From assembly GCA_963977445.1 (NCBI GenBank), contig CAXBPH010000003.1, forward strand, positions 9,964 through 73,963: DNA of 64,000 nucleotides, read 5' to 3'. How positions within the stretch are numbered: position 1 is the first letter of the stretch; the number at the start of each line of letters is the position of its first letter. The translations under genes and the position numbers were made by a program. This DNA is from an uncultured bacterium. Its GTDB lineage: Bacteria; Hydrogenedentota; Hydrogenedentia; Hydrogenedentales; JAEUWI01. The notes beneath the pieces were generated by a model, which ran no database searches, was not told the DNA's origin, and worked only from the letters and a program-made list of their open reading frames with translations. Below are positions 21,588 to 31,073 of the stretch, one piece after another.

Positions 21588-22256
21588 CTACTTAAGCTCT
21601 TTAATCTTGATGTTCTTCCACATGACCGAATAGGGGCCCGTGCCACCTTTGATCCCATGGACCTGAAGGCCGATAAAACCGGTAGGATGGCTCTTGGCCT
21701 TCTCTTCGTCGACCAGGTCTTCTATGGCTTCGCCGTTGATCCAGGTCTGGATGCGTGCACCCTTGGCCACAATCTTGTAGTGATTCCACTCGCCATCTTT
21801 GAAGGCTTTGCTGCGCTTGGCTTCCGCATCGGGGGACATCCATCCACCACAGGCCTCGCCGTAGATATAGCCGGACTGGGCACCTTCGGCACCGGCCGCT
21901 TCGATCTCAACCTGCGGACCGTTAACGCGACCATACTTCGCGTCGCCTTCGGGAGCCGCGGTGGTCGAGCGAATCTGGATGCCGGAGTTGAGCTCATTGT
22001 CCATCAACATCACGTCGACTTCCAGCTCAAAATCGCCGTAGTCTTTGTCGCTGCACAAGAAGGAGTTCGGGCTACCTTCTGCCGTCGTGCCCACAATGGC
22101 ACCGTCTTTTACTTCATAGGAAGCGGTGCCATTTTTCTGGGTCCACCCGCTGAGGGTCTTTCCGTCAAAAATGGATACCGCGTCATCGGCCGCCATGACA
22201 GACAGGGGCAGAGCGAGCAGGCCAAGTGCGGCCACGGCGATAGTTTTCTTCATCAT
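21588..22256 (-). CDS. DUF1080 / 3-keto-disaccharide hydrolase family protein
   Basis: Signal peptide, 'IFDGKTLSGW', 'NSGIQIRS', 'GFIGLQVHG...WKNIKIKEL'; AGGAG RBS. Confidence 0.9.
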   Translation of the reverse strand: MMKKTIAVAALGLLALPLSVMAADDAVSIFDGKTLSGWTQKNGTASYEVKDGAIVGTTAEGSPNSFLCSDKDYGDFELEVDVMLMDNELNSGIQIRSTTAAPEGDAKYGRVNGPQVEIEAAGAEGAQSGYIYGEACGGWMSPDAEAKRSKAFKDGEWNHYKIVAKGARIQTWINGEAIEDLVDEEKAKSHPTGFIGLQVHGIKGGTGPYSVMWKNIKIKELK

Positions 22257-22385
22257 ACTTTTCTCCTGAGTTCGAGGGGGAGTTGCCGCACACCCGCGAA
22301 AGAAAACCCAGGGCGGGGAAGGCAGCAACGGTGAATCCGTGCAATTTAATCAGATAAATGCTTTTCGATCAAGAACGAAGTCAAT

Positions 22386-24800
22386 TTAGTCAACGGACCA
22401 ATCGGCCGCCTGGACCAGTTTCCAGTCCGTACCGCCCGATGAACTCGTCATCAGGGCACGACGGGTCTCCCGTCGATCCGTCCGATAGAACCAATAAGTA
22501 GGCCAATAATCGTAGGAGAGAAAGAGACTACCCTTACGATCAATAGTTAGACGATGGTAGAAGACACTATATTCAGAAAAAGCAGAAACCACGAGGGGGC
22601 GGGGCGCAGACCAGGGCTCTCCGGGCTTCTTTTCCATATAGGAAAGGCTCGCATACAGGCTCGCAGGAAAGTACGTCGTGTCTGAATTCCAGAGCCGAAA
22701 CACCACGTGGAGGGTGTCGTCGGGACCACAAACGAACCCCACGTAGGTCTGGCGCAAGTCGGCCCCGAGGGGCTCGGGCTCCGTCCAGCCGCTGCCGGCA
22801 TCGTTGGGCGCAAGGGAGCGGGCATAGAGAAAAGTGCTGCCGTGGGTGCCCACCAGAACGTGGAGGTAGCCCTGGCTGTCCATCGTGATGCTGGGCGTAT
22901 TGTGGACGTCGTTGGCGGGCGGCCCATAGCCGACCAGGGCGGGCTCGGACAAGATACCGCTATCCCGGTCATAGGTCGCCACGTAGGTCGGCACCCCCGG
23001 CACCGTAACCGCCGGCTCGGTGGCCTCCCCCCAGGTTACGTGCACCTTGGAACCCCGCGACGCAATCGTGGAGGGAATGCCCGAGTGGCTGGAGATCCCG
23101 ATACACGATTCGGAGAGGCGTATGGGCTCACCAAGACTAAGCGTACCATCGGCATTTTTCGTGGGCACAAACAGGTCGAGATCATGGACACGACGCCATT
23201 TCAATTTGGGATCCACTTGGGTCCGCGTATACCGGACAATCGGCGGTGGACCATCCGGACGGTTATGTCCCGAAAATTGCTCCAACTCAATGGCACCCTT
23301 ACCGGGAACGGCGGTGGACGAAAAAGTCTTCCCGCCATCTTGGGAATGCTCTAAGGCGACGTTGCCGTCCGATGTGGCCAGCATGTAGATGTCGTTCTCA
23401 CCGTCAAAGGCAATCTTGCTGTTCACGACCTTCCCGACAGACGTCTCGTTCCACTCACCATCACGTTGGGTAAATATGCCGTTTTCAGACAAAATGAACG
23501 GACGATTATCGTTGTCAAAGTAGACTTCTTCGGTGACGGGATAGTCGGGCGCATAACCGAACTGTGCGTTCTCATGGCGATAGGGCTGGAGCACCAGGGG
23601 CAAATCCAAGGGGGCGTTCACCGCATCCAGCCCCGGTATCACGCGCAACGTCGACCACGTGGTAAAACCCGACGGCGTGGTGGCGCGAAGATGTACCTGG
23701 CCTTCAACGTCCGCCCCGACAAAGCGCACCCTCACCGAAGCGGACCTACCCGGCCCCATCGTCACCGTATCCGCCGACAGGGAACAGTCCAACGATTGTC
23801 CGTCCGGGAATACCAGATCCAACGCGACTTCCTTGGATGCCGGCCCGTTGTTGTGTAACTCGAATTGGACTTCACCGGATTCGCCCGCCGCCACATTTCT
23901 TCGCTGGGTGTAGGGCGTGAGGAGCCAGCGATTCTCATAGAAAGGAAACCAGGTCGACGCCCGTGGGGACCAGAGAGAAAGATCACGAAATTCTCCATCC
24001 CATCGGGTCACCCCGTCGATGTTTATTGTACCCTGCGCCTTGGAGAAGCTAAGTTGCCAGGGCACATTCTCCCGTTGCTCCGATGGGGCGACGGTGTACT
24101 GTCCTTTTCCATCCGTCCCCACCGGTATCACCGCAATAACACCCCCGACAGCGTCGAGCAGTTGGAGTTCCGCCCCCGTAAAACCCGCCACATCCAGGGT
24201 CAACGCTTCGTTGCGTGGCACAAAACATACCGCCCCAGGCTGGTCTCCCCCGTGCAACACCAGCGGCTCCTGGTGGCGCTCATCTTTGTGTCCCCGCGAC
24301 GTCTCCACGAGATAGCGGGGGCTATTGGTGCGGATGCCCCAGACCATATCCTGACCATAGCGATCTTCTGACGCCGTGATATTAACGCCATAGACGCCCT
24401 TGAGGGGGACGTCGACTGAAAAGCGATGGCGCTGAACGGATGCCGCGCCACTTCCCTTTTCCTGTCCCTGAAAGGGGAGATAGGTTTCGGCAAGAACAGC
24501 ACGATCGGGCCCGAAAAATATCGCGCGCACGTGGGTCTTACGGCCAATACGGTTCAGGTCCTGCTTCTCTACCTCAATCCAGAGTTCCCCCGGCTCCGCA
24601 AGCACATAAACACCGCCGCAACCTTCGATACGGAAATCGCTGCTCCAATCAAGGTCCTCGCCATGGGCCGCTGGGGATAACAATCCGCCTATCACGGTCA
24701 ACAGGAGCACCAGACTCGGAAAAAAACCCGCGCCAATCCCCTTGCAAAAAAAGGCCTCGTGCAAACAACGATTTCTCTGGGTACTTCTGGACATCTTCAT
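22386..24800 (-). CDS. Secreted BNR/Asp-box repeat beta-propeller protein
   Basis: Asp-boxes SQDGGKTF and SSSGGTDW; 'DVHNTPSITMDSQGYLHV' BNR_4-like segment. Confidence 0.7.
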   Translation of the reverse strand: MKMSRSTQRNRCLHEAFFCKGIGAGFFPSLVLLLTVIGGLLSPAAHGEDLDWSSDFRIEGCGGVYVLAEPGELWIEVEKQDLNRIGRKTHVRAIFFGPDRAVLAETYLPFQGQEKGSGAASVQRHRFSVDVPLKGVYGVNITASEDRYGQDMVWGIRTNSPRYLVETSRGHKDERHQEPLVLHGGDQPGAVCFVPRNEALTLDVAGFTGAELQLLDAVGGVIAVIPVGTDGKGQYTVAPSEQRENVPWQLSFSKAQGTINIDGVTRWDGEFRDLSLWSPRASTWFPFYENRWLLTPYTQRRNVAAGESGEVQFELHNNGPASKEVALDLVFPDGQSLDCSLSADTVTMGPGRSASVRVRFVGADVEGQVHLRATTPSGFTTWSTLRVIPGLDAVNAPLDLPLVLQPYRHENAQFGYAPDYPVTEEVYFDNDNRPFILSENGIFTQRDGEWNETSVGKVVNSKIAFDGENDIYMLATSDGNVALEHSQDGGKTFSSTAVPGKGAIELEQFSGHNRPDGPPPIVRYTRTQVDPKLKWRRVHDLDLFVPTKNADGTLSLGEPIRLSESCIGISSHSGIPSTIASRGSKVHVTWGEATEPAVTVPGVPTYVATYDRDSGILSEPALVGYGPPANDVHNTPSITMDSQGYLHVLVGTHGSTFLYARSLAPNDAGSGWTEPEPLGADLRQTYVGFVCGPDDTLHVVFRLWNSDTTYFPASLYASLSYMEKKPGEPWSAPRPLVVSAFSEYSVFYHRLTIDRKGSLFLSYDYWPTYWFYRTDRRETRRALMTSSSGGTDWKLVQAADWSVD

Positions 24801-24845
24801 TCGCTTCCATTCGTTTTCAGGTGAGTCAGTTGATGTAATGTTATT

Positions 24846-25619
24846 TCATCGCGTATATCGCCCATTGAAGGCGTGATGAATCGATTTGTCGTGATAGGGA
24901 TCCGAAGGGTCAGCCAGGTCATCAGGCGTATAACCGGATAAGATACACCCTATCGTAACGTGACGCTCATCGGGGGCCGTGGTGAACGTGGCACGCCAGG
25001 TGCGATACGCGATTTCCCACGTCCCTTCCCCAAGGTCGCGCAAGCGCTTGCGCTTTCCATTGAGCGGCTCATCGCCCAGTTGCTGGTGCAAGAAACCAGC
25101 CACGCCTTCGACACCGTGTGCGCCGAGCCATTCCAGTTGCTCCGTAGCGAACGTCGACAGGGTAACCTTCCATGCTTCACCCTGCAGCGCATCGGTCCAA
25201 CCACCATTCGCCTCGGGAAAACAATCCGCATAGGGGATATAGGGTTTGATATCGAGAATCGGTGTGCCATCGAGGAGATCGTGTCCCGCGACTTCGATAC
25301 GTCGGCCCGACACACGGACAAGTTGGACACAGGACATGCCGATGGCGTTGGGGCGATAGGGTGCCCGCGAGGCAAATACCCCCACTTTCTTGTCACCCCG
25401 GGGCGGCTGAACGCGGGGCTTCCAGTGGCTATTCTTGTGAAATTGGAAGATCAGCCAGATGTGAGAAAAACCGTCCAGGTCTTGTAGCGCCTGCTCGAAA
25501 TTGTGTCCCCCATCGAGCTCAACGACCCCGGTGCTTTCTTCCGCGAGCACCCCTTGACGGGGCGCGTCGTAGGTATATTTTTCATTGCAGCGAAACAGGC
25601 CGATGGGAATAATTTCCAC
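24846..25619 (-). CDS. trmO: tRNA (t6A37-N6) methyltransferase TrmO/TsaA
   Basis: 'APRQG', 'GFSHIWLIFQFH', 'GVFASRAPYRPNAIGMS', 'DLLDGTPILDIKPY'. Confidence 0.92.
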   Translation of the reverse strand: MEIIPIGLFRCNEKYTYDAPRQGVLAEESTGVVELDGGHNFEQALQDLDGFSHIWLIFQFHKNSHWKPRVQPPRGDKKVGVFASRAPYRPNAIGMSCVQLVRVSGRRIEVAGHDLLDGTPILDIKPYIPYADCFPEANGGWTDALQGEAWKVTLSTFATEQLEWLGAHGVEGVAGFLHQQLGDEPLNGKRKRLRDLGEGTWEIAYRTWRATFTTAPDERHVTIGCILSGYTPDDLADPSDPYHDKSIHHAFNGRYTR

Positions 25620-25982
25620 GAGAATTCTCTATCGTGTGTCTGGTGTAGCGGGGTTCAATACGGGTATCCACCCGACCAACCCGTTACGGATTCGAAAGGA
25701 CAGGGTAAGCGAGAATCCGTACTATACCATACGCCCCCGTGCGGTCCCATCAGTGTCCCGCGAACGGAATGGTTCGGACTTTCAGCCCCAATCGTATCTT
25801 GAAAACCTTGTTCCTGGTGCACCACGGGTGCCACCCTCAAACGGAGGAGTGAAGCGGAGGAAGTTTGAGGGTGAGGAGGTGTCAGCCAAGGAGAGTCCTA
25901 CCAACGCCAAAACAAACTGAACCTATCAACCGTTCCGCACGTCCATGGCTTGTCGTTGCCCGTGATGGGGAGAATGACGCAT

Positions 25983-27401
25983 TTACGGCATGGCACACCC
26001 GGTTACAACCGTTCCACTGCCGCCACCACCACCTGTTCCGCCTCCGCCCCCACCACCTTCACCCTCTCCTTCGCCTTCTCCCTCCCCTTCACCTTCACCA
26101 CCGGTGGCCGAGCCGGGATTCAGGTTAACAAAGGGGGCCAGGGCCATACCCGCCGGAATTTTGAAGATAGGATCATTGAAATCTGCGCCGAAGACCGCCG
26201 AGGCGTCTTCGCCAAACCAGTCCGCAATTACATTGGAATAAATGGCCCGAAAGTCGACTTTGTGGTTCAGGTTTCCCCGAATCAAATTATCCGGGTTGAG
26301 ATTGGGCTGTCCACCGTAGACACCTCCATTGACCCCGCCACCGAAAGCCATGAGACAGTTGGCACCACCATGGTCGGTACCGGCACTGCCATTTTCCTCG
26401 ACGCGACGTCCAAACTCGCTGAAGGTAAGTACGAGCACCTTGTCCAGGTTGCCCGTGGCATCCATATCACCGAGAAATGCGTTCATGGAACCGTTGAATT
26501 CGCTCATCAGGTTACCATGGTCCCGACTCTGCCCGGCGTGGGTGTCATAGCCACCCTGACTGCAATAATAAACTTTCGTTTCCCGACCGGAGCGAATTAA
26601 CTTGGAAATATTGCGCAATCCCTGCCCGAAACGACCGTTGGGGTACGAGCGCAAATCCTGGGTGTTGCTGGCTTCGTCAAACTCGGCCACCGTCGCCTCC
26701 GCCACATTCTCCACCCGCTGGATGTAGTCCAGGTCATTGTTGGGCACATTGAGGCGGTTCAGGGCCGTCAGATACTTTGCCCGCAAGTCCGTTCCCGCAC
26801 GCAGGCTGAAATCATCCAGGTTGCTCACGCGGGCCGGGAGGTAGTTTTCACTTCCACTCAGTGCATCGGGCAGCTGACTGGTGTTAAGGGCCAATATAGA
26901 GAGGGCGGGAATATCTTCCGGGGCAACACCCGCGCAAGCGTTGTCGAAGAATCGCATAATCCAGCCCTTATCACCAGGCTGAACGGCGCTGCCCGGTGAC
27001 GCACCGAATTCAAAGTAGTCGGTAGAAAGGAAGTGAGACAGGTTGGGGTTGGGGTAACCCACATTCTGCAGCAGGGCCATATAGCCTTCGTCATACCAGC
27101 GCTTCAAATCGCCCAACTGGGGGTGGAGGGCGTTGAGGTTATCCCCAAGTTCGTGGTAACCGGAGCGCTGGGCCAGCACCGGGCGGGCATTATAATACCG
27201 GTCATCCGCATAGGGAATGACTGTATTCAGGCCGTCATTCCCGCCGCCCATTTGAACAATGACCAGAATGCGATCATCGAATTGCGTTGCCGAAAGGCCA
27301 TGGGCCGATTTGGCGACCCAGGCAGGAACCGCCGCCGAAGCACTCAAATAGGCAAAACCACCCAAACCCGCTTTTATAAAATCACGTCGCGTAAGTTTCA
27401 T
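25983..27401 (-). CDS. DUF1501 protein (Tat signal) with a Gly-Glu/Gly-rich tail
   Basis: TRRDFIK, 'GGGNDGLNTVIP', 'SEFGRRVEENGSAGTDHG'; GEGEGE tail. Confidence 0.88.
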   Translation of the reverse strand: MKLTRRDFIKAGLGGFAYLSASAAVPAWVAKSAHGLSATQFDDRILVIVQMGGGNDGLNTVIPYADDRYYNARPVLAQRSGYHELGDNLNALHPQLGDLKRWYDEGYMALLQNVGYPNPNLSHFLSTDYFEFGASPGSAVQPGDKGWIMRFFDNACAGVAPEDIPALSILALNTSQLPDALSGSENYLPARVSNLDDFSLRAGTDLRAKYLTALNRLNVPNNDLDYIQRVENVAEATVAEFDEASNTQDLRSYPNGRFGQGLRNISKLIRSGRETKVYYCSQGGYDTHAGQSRDHGNLMSEFNGSMNAFLGDMDATGNLDKVLVLTFSEFGRRVEENGSAGTDHGGANCLMAFGGGVNGGVYGGQPNLNPDNLIRGNLNHKVDFRAIYSNVIADWFGEDASAVFGADFNDPIFKIPAGMALAPFVNLNPGSATGGEGEGEGEGEGEGEGGGGGGGTGGGGGSGTVVTGCAMP

Positions 27402-27456
27402 AGTTCGTTCCTCCGTCCAATCCCATCGGCAGTCGTCCAGGCCATCATTGCCATCT

Positions 27457-29130
27457 TCACTTCATTTGCCACATGGGCAAGGACATCAGCAGGAAGATGA
27501 GGCCGCGCACCTGACGTCTGAATCGCCGATCTTTATTGTTTTCATCCGCAGCCACTTCATTCATATATTTGTCCAATTGACTGAGAGAACCGGGGGCCCA
27601 GACTTCGATGTCATCTTGAATAATGACCGTCACGAAATAATCAACAATGCCACGGTGAACGCTCGGATCGATAAACCCACCATTCAGGATCTTGAGATCG
27701 TCGATGTCCTGATCGCTCAGACCCCAGCCATCCTGGTTGCGCACAATCCGTTCCAGGAAGTAATAGCGGGTCAGCAGGTATTCGGCATTGATCCACGGCC
27801 GTCCCTGGCGCCAGCCCGAGACATCCGGCGGATTGAACAACTGCATGCCCATGCCACGCATAAGGTTTATGGGCGCGTCGCCATAGATTCCGCGATTGTA
27901 ATCAAAATCTTCCGGCGCGATGCCGATGGCCGCCTGGCTGAGCCGCAGGGCAGATACGCAAAAGTCGGCAGGACTTTTCGTGATGGAGAAATAATTGTCC
28001 ACATCATAAAAACACTGGGACGTAAAAACCTTACGCAGGCAGGCCCGAAGGTCGTAAGGATAGCGACGTAGGGGGTATTCGGCGTCATCGCTGCCACGCA
28101 TGTAGTCGGCCAGTTCCAGGACCGCTTGGTCGGGTGGGTCAAGGCTGATGTTCTGATTCAGAAACCACCGCAACAGTTTCCACGACATGTAAACCGCTGC
28201 TGCAGGCAAGTCATTGTAGGGTGCCGCGAGACCACTCACATCGGGCTGTACGCTTCGCTTGCTAAGTATGAGATCGATTATTTGAATCAGCTCGCCACCG
28301 TCGTCAGCTTCCGTAACAACCTGACCAAACACGGTCTTATTTCCCGTTACGTGATTGCCACTGCGGAAACGGTGGTCGAAGGCATCGTTTGAGCCGTCAT
28401 CGCGAAAACCATCGAGGGTCTCTCCCGTAATGCTCTTGGCAATTTCCCGAACGTCCTCTTCGCTGTAGTTATTGACGCCCATGGAAAACAGTTCCATGAC
28501 TTCCCGCGCATAGTTTTCCTGGGCACGCCCATCCCCGGCACCATTAATCCAGTTGTCGAGATAGAGCAACATGGCCGCATTGCGAGAGACTTCCCGAAGT
28601 GTGTCGCTGAAGCGTTCCAGGCCTATTTCCCGAAACAGACGATTTTGCACCAGCAATTGTTCGCAGGTCGCCGCGCGACGATCAATGCTCCGTTGGTAAT
28701 CACCGATAATCTGCTCTACCTTGGGAAACTCCGAGACAAAGTGGTCCTGAAAGAATAGACCGATTTGCTCTTGGAAAGGCTGGCTGGAATAGAAGAGCCG
28801 ATAGAAGAGGTGCGCCTCCAGGCGGCGATCAGAGCGGGGACGTTTGGTCTGGCCCTCATTCGTGTCGTTGTCGTTAATTTCATCGATGAGGTCGTCGGGA
28901 AGACCGGCAATGGGTCCACCCCACGGACCGGGGCCCGACGGCCCATCCAGGTTGGGGTCTTCTGGCAACACATCAACCAGCCCATCGACGGCATCGAGCA
29001 TCGCCTGGACGCTTCCATCGCCCACGGCGGTTTCGAGTTCTGCGGGCGTACCGCCAAAGGCAGCGCGGCGCCAGAGGTGGGCCGCCTCCATCGTTGACCA
29101 CGTTCCGTTATATTCATCGAGTAACGCCAT
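27457..29130 (-). CDS. DUF1800 family protein
   Basis: 'AAHLWRRAAFG', 'MLLYLDN', 'ENYAREVMELFSMG', 'PPDVSGW'; adjacent to DUF1501. Confidence 0.88.
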   Translation of the reverse strand: MALLDEYNGTWSTMEAAHLWRRAAFGGTPAELETAVGDGSVQAMLDAVDGLVDVLPEDPNLDGPSGPGPWGGPIAGLPDDLIDEINDNDTNEGQTKRPRSDRRLEAHLFYRLFYSSQPFQEQIGLFFQDHFVSEFPKVEQIIGDYQRSIDRRAATCEQLLVQNRLFREIGLERFSDTLREVSRNAAMLLYLDNWINGAGDGRAQENYAREVMELFSMGVNNYSEEDVREIAKSITGETLDGFRDDGSNDAFDHRFRSGNHVTGNKTVFGQVVTEADDGGELIQIIDLILSKRSVQPDVSGLAAPYNDLPAAAVYMSWKLLRWFLNQNISLDPPDQAVLELADYMRGSDDAEYPLRRYPYDLRACLRKVFTSQCFYDVDNYFSITKSPADFCVSALRLSQAAIGIAPEDFDYNRGIYGDAPINLMRGMGMQLFNPPDVSGWRQGRPWINAEYLLTRYYFLERIVRNQDGWGLSDQDIDDLKILNGGFIDPSVHRGIVDYFVTVIIQDDIEVWAPGSLSQLDKYMNEVAADENNKDRRFRRQVRGLIFLLMSLPMWQMK

Positions 29131-29435
29131 GGCAAAACTCCCCTCCTGGTCCATCTTGAATAAAAAGTACTTCCGGAACCCTGCGTTCAGTCCAGGGAAC
29201 CTTCACGGAAATGCGGGATAATCAGTTGACATCCATAAGTAATCATAAGGGTAAACGGGAAAAAGTCAATCCATGAATACTGCGCTATTCGATTTAAACG
29301 GTGCGGCACGTGACCCGCGCGGGTGACGGAATACTGTCGATGGAAGTATAAGTCGTTGAACGGGTTGCGGTTGTCCCGCTGTCAAATTTCTGCCAGCTTG
29401 CACCATGGCGTCGTAAAAAACAGGGGGAAATTCGA

Positions 29436-31073
29436 CTATAACCGGGAAATTCGCACGTCGTGAAAATAGTGCTGTAAAATGGCGTCGTAACCTTGGTTGG
29501 CCTGGGCCATCCCACAGGCACCCTGTTGGCAAAGTCCCACCCCATGCCCCCGACCGGCACCGCGCACCCGAATCACACTATTTTTACGATCGACGTCAAT
29601 GGTGCACAGGGCACTGGGGAGATTGTCGAAGGCGCGGCGAATATTCAGTTCTTTCCGCACGACCTCGCTTTTCCGCGAGCCGACCAGTCGAATTTCTTTC
29701 AATCGCCCACTCACGCCGCGCTCCATCATCTCGACCCGTTGAAGCGTTCCAATGCCATACTGGTTGTTCAGTTGCTTGGATACGGAGGCAAGTGACAGGG
29801 ACCGGTTCCACCGAAAGTATTCCTTGTCGTGGGAACAGTAGGACGCGGGATTGTCTCGAATCCAGGACTCGACCGATCCGTTGCCCTGAAGTCGCTCGCC
29901 CCCAACCTGGTCGCTGTGACCCCGCAACGCGGCCGCCGGCGCACCATCCCAGACATTCTCATTGTGCTCGGTCCAGCCGCCGCAGTTGGCAGAGAACACG
30001 GTCGGTACAATGGCATTCTCGCGGTCCACAAGCACTTGATCGGTGGTCTCATGGACAGCCTCATCGGTGCGCGCATGATGCCCTTCTTCTCCCGAAAAAG
30101 CCCGACAGTGTTGTTCGATACAAAAATCAAAACCCTCAAAAAAATGCTTTCCACCAGCGTGGGCAATGATTTCGCTTCGCGCGGCCACCGCCTGGGCCTT
30201 GAGGGCTTCGAGGGGCCAGTCCGGATACATTTCTGCAGGTAGAATTCCCTGGAGATAGCTTTCCAGCGGGAGCGACCCACAGACCGACAGATTGCCCTTG
30301 GTATTCAGTTCAAACTCAATTGGAGCCGTTGTGCGCAAGGGCGGCTTACCGGATCGGGCCCCTTCCAGGGAAACAGGACCTGCCGACCGAATCCGCGCCG
30401 GCGAGGGCGAGACCAACTGGGTCGTGCCACTGGCATCGATGAAGGACAGTTTTCCTTCGGCAGGCGAGCGGACTTCGGGACGGATCCAGGCCCAAATTTT
30501 TTCGTTTTGTAGCGTACCCTTTAAGGCAAGGGCATCCCGCTCTGTAGGACAGCGGTCTATACCGAGCCAGTACTTCCGGCCATCGTAGACGGTGCCATCG
30601 GATGCGGTAATCGCCCGCCCCATGGTCGTCACAAAAGTCGCATAGCCTTCCCCACGCCACTGTTCCCGCTCCTCGGCAAGGAGTTTGGTTTCATGGTGTT
30701 CGAAGGCCTTTACATATACGGAATAGGCAATCGTTGCCGGGCGGCTTTGCTGGAAGCTGACCTTCCAGTCTCCCTCGGGCAATCGTTTCAGCCCCGCATC
30801 GGGCGTGGTCACGACCAAACTCTCCGAAGCGTGGAAGCGTTGTGGCGTAATGGTTTCCAGGTATTGCAATCGCACCAGAAAGGGCTCGTTCGGAGACGTG
30901 CGTTCAATGCGTGTAGCCTCTATCGGCTGCGATTCATCCACGGGCATCGGCGCAGACGTGGGTGTACCCACGGGTGCCACTCCTGTCGATGTTGTGTGGG
31001 TACATCCGGGTACCAGCAACAGCAGTAGCCCAACAAAGACCGGGCACCAGACCCGCGTAGATAGACCAATCAT
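29436..31073 (-). CDS. SpoIID/LytB-domain lytic transglycosylase-like lipoprotein
   Basis: Lipobox-like VPGC; 'LESYLQGILPAEM...EALKAQAVAARS'; 'GRGHGVGLCQQGA...ILQHYF'. Confidence 0.88.
   Translation of the reverse strand: MIGLSTRVWCPVFVGLLLLLVPGCTHTTSTGVAPVGTPTSAPMPVDESQPIEATRIERTSPNEPFLVRLQYLETITPQRFHASESLVVTTPDAGLKRLPEGDWKVSFQQSRPATIAYSVYVKAFEHHETKLLAEEREQWRGEGYATFVTTMGRAITASDGTVYDGRKYWLGIDRCPTERDALALKGTLQNEKIWAWIRPEVRSPAEGKLSFIDASGTTQLVSPSPARIRSAGPVSLEGARSGKPPLRTTAPIEFELNTKGNLSVCGSLPLESYLQGILPAEMYPDWPLEALKAQAVAARSEIIAHAGGKHFFEGFDFCIEQHCRAFSGEEGHHARTDEAVHETTDQVLVDRENAIVPTVFSANCGGWTEHNENVWDGAPAAALRGHSDQVGGERLQGNGSVESWIRDNPASYCSHDKEYFRWNRSLSLASVSKQLNNQYGIGTLQRVEMMERGVSGRLKEIRLVGSRKSEVVRKELNIRRAFDNLPSALCTIDVDRKNSVIRVRGAGRGHGVGLCQQGACGMAQANQGYDAILQHYFHDVRISRL

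Noticed and set aside
25620..25980. Possible tRNA or ncRNA in long intergenic gaps (also 29160-29430 and 43630-43960)
   Set aside because: No cloverleaf, T-loop/CCA or recognisable riboswitch consensus found by eye; an Infernal/Rfam scan would be needed to exclude one.
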